From the human T2T-CHM13v2.0 reference genome, Homo sapiens, in NCBI RefSeq assembly GCF_009914755.1, contig NC_060925.1: a stretch of DNA of 64,000 nucleotides; one strand, written 5' to 3'. The notes beneath the pieces are model-generated. The model ran no database searches. It was given only the letters and a program-made list of their open reading frames with translations, and was not told the origin of the DNA. Below, piece by piece: positions 26,566 to 39,001 of this stretch (position 1 is the first letter of the stretch; every line of letters starts with the position of its first letter). Position numbers and translations under genes: made by a program.

Positions 26566-27618
26566 ACCTACCTAGGAATATACTTAAGGAAGTGAAAGAT
26601 CTCTTCATTGAAAATTATAAAACATTGGTGAAAGAAATTGAAGACAATATAAATGAATTGAAAGATATATCATGTTCATGGATGGTAAGAATTAATATTT
26701 TTAAAATGTCTATACTACCCAAAGCAATCTACAGATTCAGTGCAATTTCTATCAAAATTCCAATGACATTCTTCACAGAAATAGAAAAAAAAATTTAAAT
26801 TCATATGGAGCCACAAAAGACCCTAAATAGGCCAAGCAATCTTGAGCAAAAAGAACAAAGCTGGAGACATCATGCTACCTGATTCAAAATCTACTACAAA
26901 GGTATATTAGCCAAAACAGTATGGCATTGGCATAAAAAATAGACGCATAGACCTATGGAACAAAATAGAGAGTCCCGAAATAAATTCAGGCATTTACAGC
27001 CAACTGATGTTTATGAAAGGTGCCAAGAACACACAATGGGGAAAGAACAGTTTTTTCAGTAAATGGAACTGGGAAAACTGGATAGCTACATGTAAAAGAA
27101 TGAAACTAGGCCCCTCTCTCTCTCTGTATGTAAGTCAATTCAAAAGGATTAAATACTTAAATGTGAGACTTGAAACTATGAAATTGCTAGAAGAAAACAC
27201 AGGAGAAACACTGTAAGTGATTGGTCTGGACAAAGATTTATTTTAGACAAGACCTCAAAAATAAGAGCAACAAAAGCAAACATAAATGGATCTACATCAC
27301 ACTAAAAAGCTCCTGCACAGCAAGGAAAAAATCAACAATGAAGAGACAGCCTATGACATTAGAAAATATTTGCACATTATGCATTCAATAGCAAAAAACC
27401 CCAAATAGTCTGATTTAAAAATGGGCAAAAGATCTGAATAGATATTTCTCCAAAGATGACATACAAATAGTCAACAGGTTTATGATAAAACGCTCAACAT
27501 CACTATCAGGGAAATGCAAATCAAAACCATAATGAGGTATTGCCTTACTGTGGTTAAAATGTCTATTATCAAAAACACACAAAAAATGTTAGTGAGGATG
27601 TGGAGAAAGAAGAACTCT

Positions 27619-28336
27619 CTTTTTTTTCTTTTTATTTTATTATTGTTATACTTTAAGTTTTAGGGTACACGTGCACAACGTGCAGGTTTGTTACATATGT
27701 ATACATGTGCCATGTTGGTGTGCTGTACCCATTAACTGGTCATTTAGCATTAGGTATATCTCCTAATGCTATCCCTCCCCCTCCCCCCACCCCACAACCG
27801 TCCCTGGTGTGTGATGTTCCCCTTCCTGTGTCCATGTGTTCTCATTGTTCAGTTTCCACCTATGAGTGAGAACATGCGGTGTTTGGTTTTTTGTCCTTGC
27901 TATAGTTTGCTGAGAATGATGGAGTCTCGCTCTGTCTCCCAGGCTGGAGTGCAGTGGTGCCAAAAACTCAAATTTCATGGATTGACTTTGTTCTTAGTAG
28001 AAAATCTGTTTGAGAGGAAATTTGTGAAGTAGCAAGAGAAAAAGGAAAGCATGGTAAAGTTAGTATTTCATTATATAGGTGTGACAGCTGGCACCCAGTT
28101 TTCTCATTTGGTTATTTAAGTGAGCCTAAACAAGTTGTCAGTATTCAAGGCTATAATTGTACAGTTGGGTATTTTGGCAAGTCCCAAATGTGTAATTCAG
28201 GCTGTCATAAGTGGACAATCTAATAAAGTACATCTTAAGATCATAAGAATGTTTTTTATATTGCTTATAAGTTAGTTGAGGAAGGATTGGTCTTCAGTGT
28301 TGTTTATACTCTTTGAAGGCAATTTTATCTAAATTT

Positions 28337-28367
<31 letters not shown>

Positions 28368-28654
28368 TTTTTTGAGACGGAGTCTCACTGTGTTGCCAAG
28401 GCTGGAGTGCAGCAGCATGATCTTGGCTGACTGCAACCTCTACGTCTGGGTTCAAGCGATTCCCCTGCCTCAGCCTCCCGAGTAGCTGTGATTACAGATG
28501 TGCACCACCACGCCTGGCTAATTTTTGTATTTTTAGTAGAGATGGGGTTTTCCCATTTTGGCCAGGCTGGTCTCGTACTCTTGACCTCAAGTGATTCACC
28601 CTCCTCGGCCTTCCAAAGTGTTGGGATTACAGGCATGAGCCACCGCGCCCGGCT
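27619..28654 (-). mobile_element. Composite insertion: L1PA 3' end (27619-27922) + Alu 3' fragment (27918-27960) + copy of unique DNA (27961-28332) + full AluS (to 28653)
   Basis: Interrupts the sense L1MA. Flanked by gagaaagaagaactct (27603-27618) and gagaaacaggaactct (28655-28670). The unique part and the Alu match 35203-35865. Confidence 0.88.
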
Positions 28655-30239
28655 GAGAAACAGGAACTCTTATATGCTATTGGTGAGAAGGTAAGTTAGT
28701 ACAGCTGTTGTGGAAAACAGTGTGGAGGTTCCCCAGAAAATTATAAAAGTTAAAAAAAAACTGATCCGGCAGTCTCACTACTGGAGTATTTATCCAAAGG
28801 AAATGAAATCAGTATGTCAAAGAGACAGCTGGACTTCCATGTTTATTTATAATAGCCAAGATATGGAGTCCACCTAAATGTCCATCAGTGGATGAATGGA
28901 TAAAGAAAATGTATTATACATACACAATAAAATACTATTCAGTCATAAAAAGGATGAAATCCTGTTATTTGGGACAATATGGATGAGCCTGGAGGGCATT
29001 ATGCAAAGTGTAATAAGCCAGGCAGAGAGACACAAATACTGCATGATCTCACTCATGTGTGGAATCCAAAAAATTGATCTCCTAGAAGTTGTGAGTACAA
29101 TAGTGGTTACCAGAGGTTGGGGAGAATGAGGAGAGGGTAGATGGGGAGAGGCTGGTCAGTGGGTACAGTGTTACAGTTAGGTAAGAGGAATAAATTCTGC
29201 TACTCCGTTTTACAGTGGGGTGACTGTAGCTAACTGTAACGCATCGGATATTTCACATAGCTAGAACAGAGGATTTTGAATGCTTTCCCAACAAAGAAAT
29301 GATAAATGTTTAAGGTGATCATATGCTAATTACCGTAATATGATCATTACACAATGTATACATACATTAAAACATCACATTGTACTCCATAAATATGTAT
29401 AATTATTACATGTCAACAAAAATAAGTAAAATAAAAATGCGTTTAATGCAGAGTGGCTGAGTGAAGAGCTCAGCAAGTCCACTTATTCCAAAGTGACGAT
29501 TAAAGTGGATTAAACTGTCAAAAACAGCCATTTCAGGACTTTGGAAAGCGACTAAAATTATACAACAGATTGAGAAGCAATTATTCACGAAAAACTACTG
29601 AACCTTATGTCTATCATATTTTAGCCCCTGAGGCTGCTCCCACTACGCCCATTTTCACCACTGACTTACTATCATGGTAGTTTTTATTAGGGTAGGGCAA
29701 CCTGTGGAAACCAGTAGCTTTGCTGTTGATGCTAGGGAAGGCTCACTTGATCTGGAGCAGAGCGTGGAACAACCCTATGTTTCCACAGTATTGTTAGAAA
29801 CAGTAGTGATTTTTGTAGCAAAGGAGTGGGAAGCTCAGTCTTGCAAGTAGCATGAGATTATAATCCTGGTTGGGGAAAGCTACAGATTGGCCAGGATTTT
29901 AACATGGAGATCTGAGGAATTAGTGGAGATCCTACAATTATCACTGGTCATCTGGAAGGCTCTCTATTATGTGCAAGGCTCTGCACACACTCAGGAGAAA
30001 CCAGAGAGGGCCTGCCTAACTGGTCATATGTCCATGTTGAGACCTTGCACATGTACAATGCAGACATGTTTCCAGAATTCTGTCCCTAAATACTTTCGCT
30101 TCTTTCTTTTCTGTTGTATGAAGGGAATCTGTGCTCCAGGAAATGACGGATACCCGATTCTCCCACAAAATCTACAGTCTTTTCTTGTCAGTAAGTGGCG
30201 GCTTTTAGGCTCCAAGTATAGGAATTTATAATCCAACCT

Positions 30240-30755
30240 CTGTCTGACCCTATGTTTTCTGTACTGGATTATTGTGATACCTCAAACTGGTCTTCCTGCC
30301 TTCCAGCCTTGTCCCCTCCCCTGGAGTCTGTGTTCCACACACCAGCCATATTCATCCTTTTGAAATGTGTCAGATGACATTATTCCTCTTCTGAAAATCC
30401 TTTGGTGGCTTCTCATTTTACTTAGCCAAAGTTCTGTTTACCATGATTCACAAAACCATACATAATCTTGCTGTCTGAGTTTTACTTTTCTGACCTAATG
30501 TTCTACCACTCTCAGCCTCATAAATTATACACTTGTCCTTTTGCTGTTCTTCCAACAAACAAACCAGATGAACTGCTGCCTCTGGGCTATTGCACTTGCT
30601 CTTCCCTCTCTACCTGGAGCTCTTTTTTTCCACCAAATAGGCACATGGTTCTTTCTCTCCCCTTTTTCCAGTCTTTCTGTGAATGCTATCTTCTTAGTGA
30701 AATCTTGCCAGCTCAGTAAATAGTATGAATAATAATAAATGAATGAATGAATAGC
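30240..30755 (+). mobile_element. L2 LINE 3' fragment
   Basis: ggtcttcctgccttccagccttgtccc and tgcacttgctcttccctct; ends with (gaat)n. Confidence 0.7.
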
Positions 30756-32081
30756 AATAAAGGGATAGTAATGTCAATGAATGTTTTTCTTTTAAAATAC
30801 CTTAAAATTATTCAATAATGAGAAAGACTAGAAAAGCAGAGATAACATTTCTGGAATTGCACTTTAAAACATCAAAAACATAAAATAAAATTTTCAATTA
30901 ATTATTCTTATATATGGTCCAAACAGGAGCAAGTCACTGAATTTTTGTTTTTCTCTTAAAATTTTTTCACTTCTATTCTTAACAGTTTTTCACTATTTGA
31001 TATGTCACCTTGTCTTTTGAAATATGTATTAGCCATCACCTATATAAAAAAAAGCTACGAAAATTACAGAGTAGGAAGTAATAGTTTCTTTTCTTTTATA
31101 GATCAGGTGTTTCATACATTTTCAATACACTTTATTATTAGTTCTGTAATTGACATTTTGTCAACGCAAACATCAAAAGTTAGAGCTGGAGGTGGCATAA
31201 AAATGCTTTCCTGCTGTGGGGAATTAGAGTATTCTTTTATTTAATTATTTTCAACAATTTGCCTGTCAAAGCAAAAGTGGAAGTTCAAGTCATTCTAAAT
31301 TGTCTTGCCTTAGCCTGTAATTTAACTAAAAAGGGATACAGATTTAAAGTTGCTTTTAATTTTCTGGGAGAGATCTAAAGTAAAATGAATTAAGGTATCT
31401 TTGCCTATCTTTCAAATGCTGTTCAAAAAATGAAGTGTGTTAAAGGGCATTAATTTGAATACCAATAATCTTAGCAGAAAGTTAAGTCCACCAATACTGT
31501 TTTATGAGGATTATTTTAAAATTAATTTGTCACCTGTATATACTCCCACATGTTCTGGATTGCCTCTGTTGAAGTTAGAGAGCTACTTGGTTTTGCTTCA
31601 TCTGAATTTTAAACTGGCTTTCTGTTTGTTGGTCTCATACTTGCATTTATACTTGTAACATGGATAGTAAACTGCAGGAAGAAACTATTTGAAGAGAACA
31701 AATGTCTAATACATTGTGCTATCCTAAAGGCTCAGTTCTGGGTTAGTGTGCCCTGGAAGAGGGCATATTTGTGTATTAATTTGATTCATGTAACAAATAT
31801 TTGTGTACCTGCTGTGTTTTTAGCACTATGCTTGATTCTGAGAGATGACAAAATAATTCTATTTCTGTTGCTTAAAAGACATATGCCCAAGTAATTTTAA
31901 GTGTCCAGGTTCATGGTAACATTAGGTAAGCTTAACACTTTGTTGTACCTTTTAGGTTTAGTAAAATCTGCATTTTTTGTTGTTGTTTTTGTGTTTGTAT
32001 TGGCTAAAATGCTATCTTAAAAAAATTTTCCCCCTGAGTTGTCATAGCTTTTACTATAGAAACAAGTTTGCAAATGAAGAT

Positions 32082-32383
32082 TCTTTTTTGAGACAGGGTC
32101 TTACTCTTTTGCCTAGGCTGGAATGCAGTGGTGTGATCATGGCTCACTGTAGCCTTGAACTCCTGGGTTCAAGTGAACCTCTCATTGAACCTCCTGCTTC
32201 AGCCTCCTGAGTAGTTAGGACCACAGGCATGTGCCACTACCCCAGGCTAATTTTTAAATTTTTTGTATAGTTGAGATCTTCTTGTGTTGCCCAAGCTGGT
32301 CTGGAACTCCTGGGCTCAAGTGGTCCTCCTGCCTTGGCTTTCCAATGTGCTGGGATTGCAGGTGTGAGCCACCATCCCTGGCT
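32082..32383 (-). mobile_element. AluJ element
   Basis: gatcatggctcactgtagccttgaactcctggg (J-type). Confidence 0.9.
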
Positions 32384-32494
32384 GAAAATTGTTTATACTT
32401 GGATGAAAAGGAACTAGAGGATATAGAAAAGAAATGAACTTTTAAAGAAAAGATAATCATATAGTGCTTATGTGTGGCAGGCACTGGTTAAGGA

Positions 32495-32650
32495 AATGCT
32501 TTTTAAACTTTAAATGTGCACATGCATTACCTGGAGATCTTGTTAAAACGAAGCTTTATTTTATAGGTCAGGGGTAGGGCCTGGTCTGCTTTCCTAAAAA
32601 ATGTCTGGATACCACTGCTCCTGGTTACACCATGGTTTGAGAAACAAGAG
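32495..32650. mobile_element. MER5A-type hAT MITE
   Basis: aaactttaaatgtgcac...ttacctggagatcttgttaaaa...tttgagaaac. Confidence 0.6.
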
Positions 32651-32811
32651 TTTAAATTGCCTACCTATATTAGCTCATTTAATCCTCTTATCAACTCTAT
32701 ATGGTAGGTACAATTATTATATCCATTTTACAAATGAAGAAATATGTTTCCATGCAATAATCTTGGCATGATAGATGCTGTTTCTTTACCAGATAATTTC
32801 AGTGTTTATAA

Positions 32812-32813
<2 letters not shown>

Positions 32814-32872
<59 letters not shown>
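32814..32872. repeat. (TG)n(AG)n compound microsatellite
   Basis: A TG run followed directly by an AG run. Confidence 0.95.
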
Positions 32873-32876
<4 letters not shown>

Positions 32877-33003
32877 TGGAGGAGGAAGGACTTTAAAGTA
32901 TTGTTGTATTATTGCATTTTTACATTATGTATTCTGACAAATTAAAATGATTAAAAATATATCTGATAAGGAAGAATATTTGAGAAAAAGTGGAGGGAGA
33001 GAG

Positions 33004-33290
33004 TGTATTTGTATTTGTTTTCTATTGCTGCATAACAGATTACCAAAAAAAATTTAGCATCTTAAATCATCACACATTTACTAGATCACAGTTTCCATGG
33101 GTCAGAAGTCTGGACATGTCTTAGTTGAGTCCTCTGTTCAGAGTTCAGATGACTGTAATCAGTTTTGTTTAGGGCTGTAGTCTCTTTGAGGCTTGGGGTG
33201 CTCTTCAAAGCTCACATGATTTTGGCAGAATTCATTTCGTTGCGGCTTTAGAACCCACGGTAGCTTGCATATTCAAGGTCAGCAGAAAAT
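33004..33290 (+). mobile_element. MLT1-type MaLR LTR fragment
   Basis: tctattgctgcataacagattacc...cacagtttccatgggtcagaagtctgg. Confidence 0.7.
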
Positions 33291-34786
33291 CTCAGGGAAG
33301 AGTAGAAAGTAGAAAGGATAACATTTTGACATTTGTGAAAACAAGAATTACATGTGCAAGCAGAATATGAAGTATGGTTATGAGGCAGTGTTTGAGGTTG
33401 GAGAGGCAGACTGAAAGCAGGCCATGAAGAGCCTCCACAGAAACATAGAACATTATGGACTTTAATTGTATAAAGCAGTGGAAAATCACTGGAGGGATTT
33501 GAGCTAGGACATAGCATGAGCAAAGATTTTCGTGAGGAAGATTAAGCTGGAAGTAAGCTTTGTAAAATGTTAACAGAGAAGAACCTGTGATATGTAAGTC
33601 TCATTTGAGGGGATAAAAGCCTGAACTAGGGTACTGGCCCTAGAAATAGAAAATGACTGATTTTAAGAAAATTATTGACATGAAAAGGTGTCTGAGTCAG
33701 ACCTCTCTTTAATTGCCATATTCAAGGACTGAGTTCTGGGTTAGCTTGCCCTGGAAGAGGCTATATTTGTGTATTAATTAATTTTATTAATTTAAAAAAT
33801 ATTTGTGTACCTGCTATATTTTTAGCATTATGTTTGATTCTGAGATGACAAAAAGTTCCTTTAAGATTGCTTATATTTTAAATAGGAATAAACAGTTTAA
33901 ATCATTACAGAAGTTAAGGAATACTGTGAAACATTGCAGTTTGAGTTGCGTTTGACTCAAATATAGTACATGCCAAATGTGTGGCTTAGATCCTAAGTGC
34001 TGTGGGACTAATTAAGGGTATTATTTGGGCTCTTGACCTTTTTCTCTACAGATAACCAGTGGTATTTCAAAAAACAATTTAACCATGCTTGAGTATGATA
34101 GGGTCTCATATCAACTAGACTCAAGCATTTAATGTGAATTTTCTCCCCTGTGATTTGTATTTGATTTAAAGCTCTGAAATACAAAATAGCAATGTTAAAT
34201 TTATGATTATAGTCTGTTAAGGTTTAACCTTATTCTAGCCTCAATCATATGTAATCATTATGTATTTTAAAAATACAACAACAGTTTCTTAAGAGTGGCA
34301 ATTGACAGCATTCAACGAAAGTATCTTAAATTTTCAGGTGTCTGGGTTGTATATCTTTTACCAGTAAAAATCCTCATGCAGTTTTAAGGAGTAATTGACC
34401 TTTGACAAAGAATATATTTTAATCACCTCCTGTAGCAATGTTTTTGTCACTGGAGAGTTTATTATCCTGTTTTTAACTGGTGGAAAATTTACTGAAATGT
34501 AGTGTTTTTTTTTTTTAAGTGGTACTATTCTTGAATTTGGTGGATTGAAATTTGATTTTAACCTATTTAGTGTATGTGGGAATGATTTCTATTATATTAA
34601 ATTGTAAGGTATATAGTCTGGTATTTTATTATGATTAATAATATTTATTTATTGCTATAAATATACTCTCATTTTTAATGAAATTGTTCCTTTGGAAAAG
34701 TGTAATATTGTACACTTAAAAATTCTTTCATATTTAACATTTTTGAAGCAAATAAAATATGAATTGGTACTCTGAAAGGAGCCTCA

Positions 34787-34922
34787 GGTTGTCAAATTAG
34801 GACTCCTGAGCTAAGAATGGGTTTTGCACTTTTAAAAGGTTGTAATAAAAAAAGAAGAAAAGTGTGTTACAGAGCTGAAAATATTTACTATTTGGTTCTT
34901 TACAGGAAAGCTGGCTGACCCC
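34787..34922. mobile_element. MER58-type hAT MITE
   Basis: gagctaagaatgggttttgcacttttaaaaggttg...aaaatatttactatttggttctttacagg...gctgacccc. Confidence 0.65.
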
Positions 34923-35575
34923 AGTAGTCACAGCATATTTGTGAATAGATTTAAGTATGTTTTATGTAATTCCTGAAAGTCTGTGAAATGTACTGTATGA
35001 CTATACTTTTCTTGTGTACATATCATGTTACTTTGGTACATTTTATTATATAATAGATTTTCTTTGGATTAGTGCTTCAAAATAAACAGTTCTTATACAA
35101 CTTTTTACATGGATAGTATTTATAATGAAGTTTTAGCGTATTTCTAGTAGAAAATATCTTTAAAAAATTAAAGTTTTTTTTTGCATTTTGAAACATGCAG
35201 CGCAAAAACTCAAATTTCATAGATTGACTTTGTTCTTAACAGAAAATCTCTATGAAAGGAAATTTGTGAAGTAGCAAGAGAAAAAGAAAAGCATGGTGAA
35301 GCTAGTATTTCATTATACAGGTGTGATGGCAGGCACCCAGTTTTCTCATTTGGTCATTTAAGTGAGCCTAAACAAGTTGTCAGTATTCAGGGCTATAACT
35401 GTACAGTTGGGTATTATGGCAAGTCCCGAATGTCTAATTCAGGCTATCATAAGTGGACAGTCTAATAAAGTACATCTTAAAATCATAAGAATATTTTTTT
35501 ATATTGCTTATAAGTTAGTTGAGGAAGGATTAGTCTTCAGTGTTGTTAATACTGTTTGAAGGCAATTTTATCTAA

Positions 35576-35884
<309 letters not shown>

Positions 35885-36268
35885 TGAAGCTTAAGTTTCA
35901 ACTTTATAGTAAATATGAGTTGTGACTATGACTTTTTGTATTGTATGCTTTTAGAAAAGAGTTAATAAGTTTTATTTTTAAATACTTCTATTTGGTTATT
36001 AAATTTTTTAGGTTTAGTTTTTCTTGGTGACCTCTTTTTTCTTTTGGTGTTTGCACACTAATGTCAAATTTAGTTCACTTAGTACTTTGTAGATATACTA
36101 TTTACATGATATGAAACATTATTAATGTAAAGAGACATTGCCAAGAATTAAGTGAACATGTTTCTCTTTATTTCTTTCTAATTTGTTTAAAACTCTTCCT
36201 TTGAGAAGTTAAGAAATTAGTTCTGAATTAGCCAGTACCCCATGGAATGTTATCCTTAGTTCTTCCTT

Positions 36269-37139
36269 TTCTTTTTTTCTTCAACTTTTAAGTTCTGGGG
36301 TACATGTGCACATGATTTGCTGAAAAGATCAGTCTGTCACCTGGATATGAAGCCCAGCATCCATTAGCTATTCTTCCTGATACTCCCCCTTCCCCACTCC
36401 CCAGACAGGCCCCAGTGTGTGTTTTTCCCTGCCATGTGTCCATGTATTCTCATCGTTCAGCTTCCACTTATGAGAATATGCAGTGTTTGCTTTTCTGTTC
36501 CTGCATTACTTTGCTGAGGATAATGGCTTCCAGCTCCATCCATGTTCCTACAAAGGACATGATCTTGTTCCTTTTTATGGCTGCATAGTATTCCATGATG
36601 TATATATACCACATTTTATTTATTTAGTCTATCTTGATGGGCATTTGGGTTGATTCCATGTCTTTGCTAATTGTGAATAGTGGTACAATGAACATACAGT
36701 GCATGTATCTTTATAATAGAATGATTTATATTCTTTTGGGTATATACCCAGTAATGGGATTGCTGAGTCACATGGTATTTCTTCTTCTAGATCTTTCGGG
36801 AATTGCCACATTGTCTTCCACAATGGTTGAAATAATTTCTCAACAGTGTAAAAGCGTCTCTTTTCCTTCACGACCTTGCCAGCATCTGTTGTTTCTTGAC
36901 TTTTAAATAATCACCATTCTGAGTGACGTGAGATGATATCTCATTGTGGTTTTGATTTGCATTTCTCTAATGATCAGTGATGTTGATTTTTTTTTTCATG
37001 TTAGTTGGCTGCATGAATGTCTTCTTTTGAGAAGTGTCTGTTCATGTCCCTTGCCACTTTTTAGTGGGGTTTTGTTCTTGTAAATTTCTTTAAGTTCCTG
37101 GTAGACTCTGGATATTAGATTGTTGTCAGATGGATAGAT
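36269..37139 (-). mobile_element. 5'-truncated older L1PA
   Basis: 3' end ttttaagttctggggtacatgtgca; ORF2 C-terminus (AIPLLGIYPKEYKSFYYKDTC); TSD agttcttcctt/agttctttctt. Confidence 0.9.
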
Positions 37140-38632
37140 AGTTCTTTCTTAATTCATGTTATTTTCATGTGATGATAATGTGTATACAACTGTCCATCAT
37201 TTTTCTAACTTCAGTGTGATAAGTGCCTCACTTCGCAACTCCCCAAATTCTGAATGCTAATATGATGCATCTTTGCCATGCTTCGTGTTACAAAATGTTG
37301 CTTGAAAGATGAAGATTAAAATTAATTTATAATTTATCTTAGAGACATTGGCACCATGCTGGTTGTATGATTTCTTTATCAACACTTCTGTAAGTGTTGT
37401 AGAATAGGATGGCATTGGATAGGAGAGAATATTAGAAGTAGGAGGGAAGTTCAGTTTAACAACTTGGATGAAAACTTGACCGCTTACTCATGTATTTTAT
37501 TGACATTGTTCAGAGTACATGTTTTGCACAGATGTTTTATTTAAAATCCCTGAAGTTTGAACTGAAATGGAACTTTTCCTGTCCATTAAAATCCTTTTTT
37601 CTACTTAATGTAATTCATAGAATAATTGGGAATTGGGTGAAAATCTTTGATTTCTAAAGTTTTAAGCTATTAAAAAATTTCATTCTTATCTTTGTTTTTC
37701 AAGGCAAATAATTATCTTATGACCTGAAGATTTGTTTTGCTTAATGAAATGTGTTTCAAAAGGAGAGAAATCTTACATATCTACATGCAAAGTAGTCGTA
37801 TTCTGAAAAAAGTTACACACTGATACTTATCTGAAGGTTGGAAGGCTTAATTTAAGTATCTTTCTTGATAAGTACAACCAGCCTTTAAATGATGGATAAC
37901 TGAACTCTGTACTTGAAGGGTCAGTGGAGCTGGCTAAATGTTACAGTTTTTCATAGAAATTTGACTTAATTTTTAAAATCTTTCAATTTATGTGTAAGTA
38001 TATTTTCCTAGGTGGTTCAGTAAAGCGTGTGTTTTAAAAGATTGTCTAGATGCAGCATGCTAAAAGAGGGAGGTAAGAATGTTTATTCATTATGGCTACA
38101 GTTTAATATGTTAATATGTTTAATACATATTAAACATTAACATTTTAACATTTTAATCAATAACATTTTAAATGGTAGCCTAATAAAGAGAGGGGATTGG
38201 TCAGAAACAGGATAGAGTTCTTATTGTTGTTGACTAATGATAAACCAAATGCAATAGAAAATCCCCAAGTGGATTTTCTCTGAGATAAACTGATAATATA
38301 ATAGCATTTTCTATTTTTCCCTAGTAAGTATTGTTGATGGTTGTCAGTTCGTTTTTCCCAAGCACATGAATTAGCTAACGTGATTCTCTGTACTAATCTT
38401 AGTTTTTGACTGAGAATATCATGTACTTAACCAAATCTTTGAGATATTTAAATAAATTAACAAAACTGTAAAAATCATCTTTGTAAAGCTAGTCACTGAT
38501 TTATGATTTGGGAAGATAAGCAGCTTTGTATTACTTAGAAAACAAAGAAAAATATGTAGAATTTCTGTTTTTTCTTTTTTATTGTTTAAAAATTTAAATC
38601 AACATCAGTGTGCAGATGGGTAGATAAAATAA

Positions 38633-39001
<369 letters not shown>

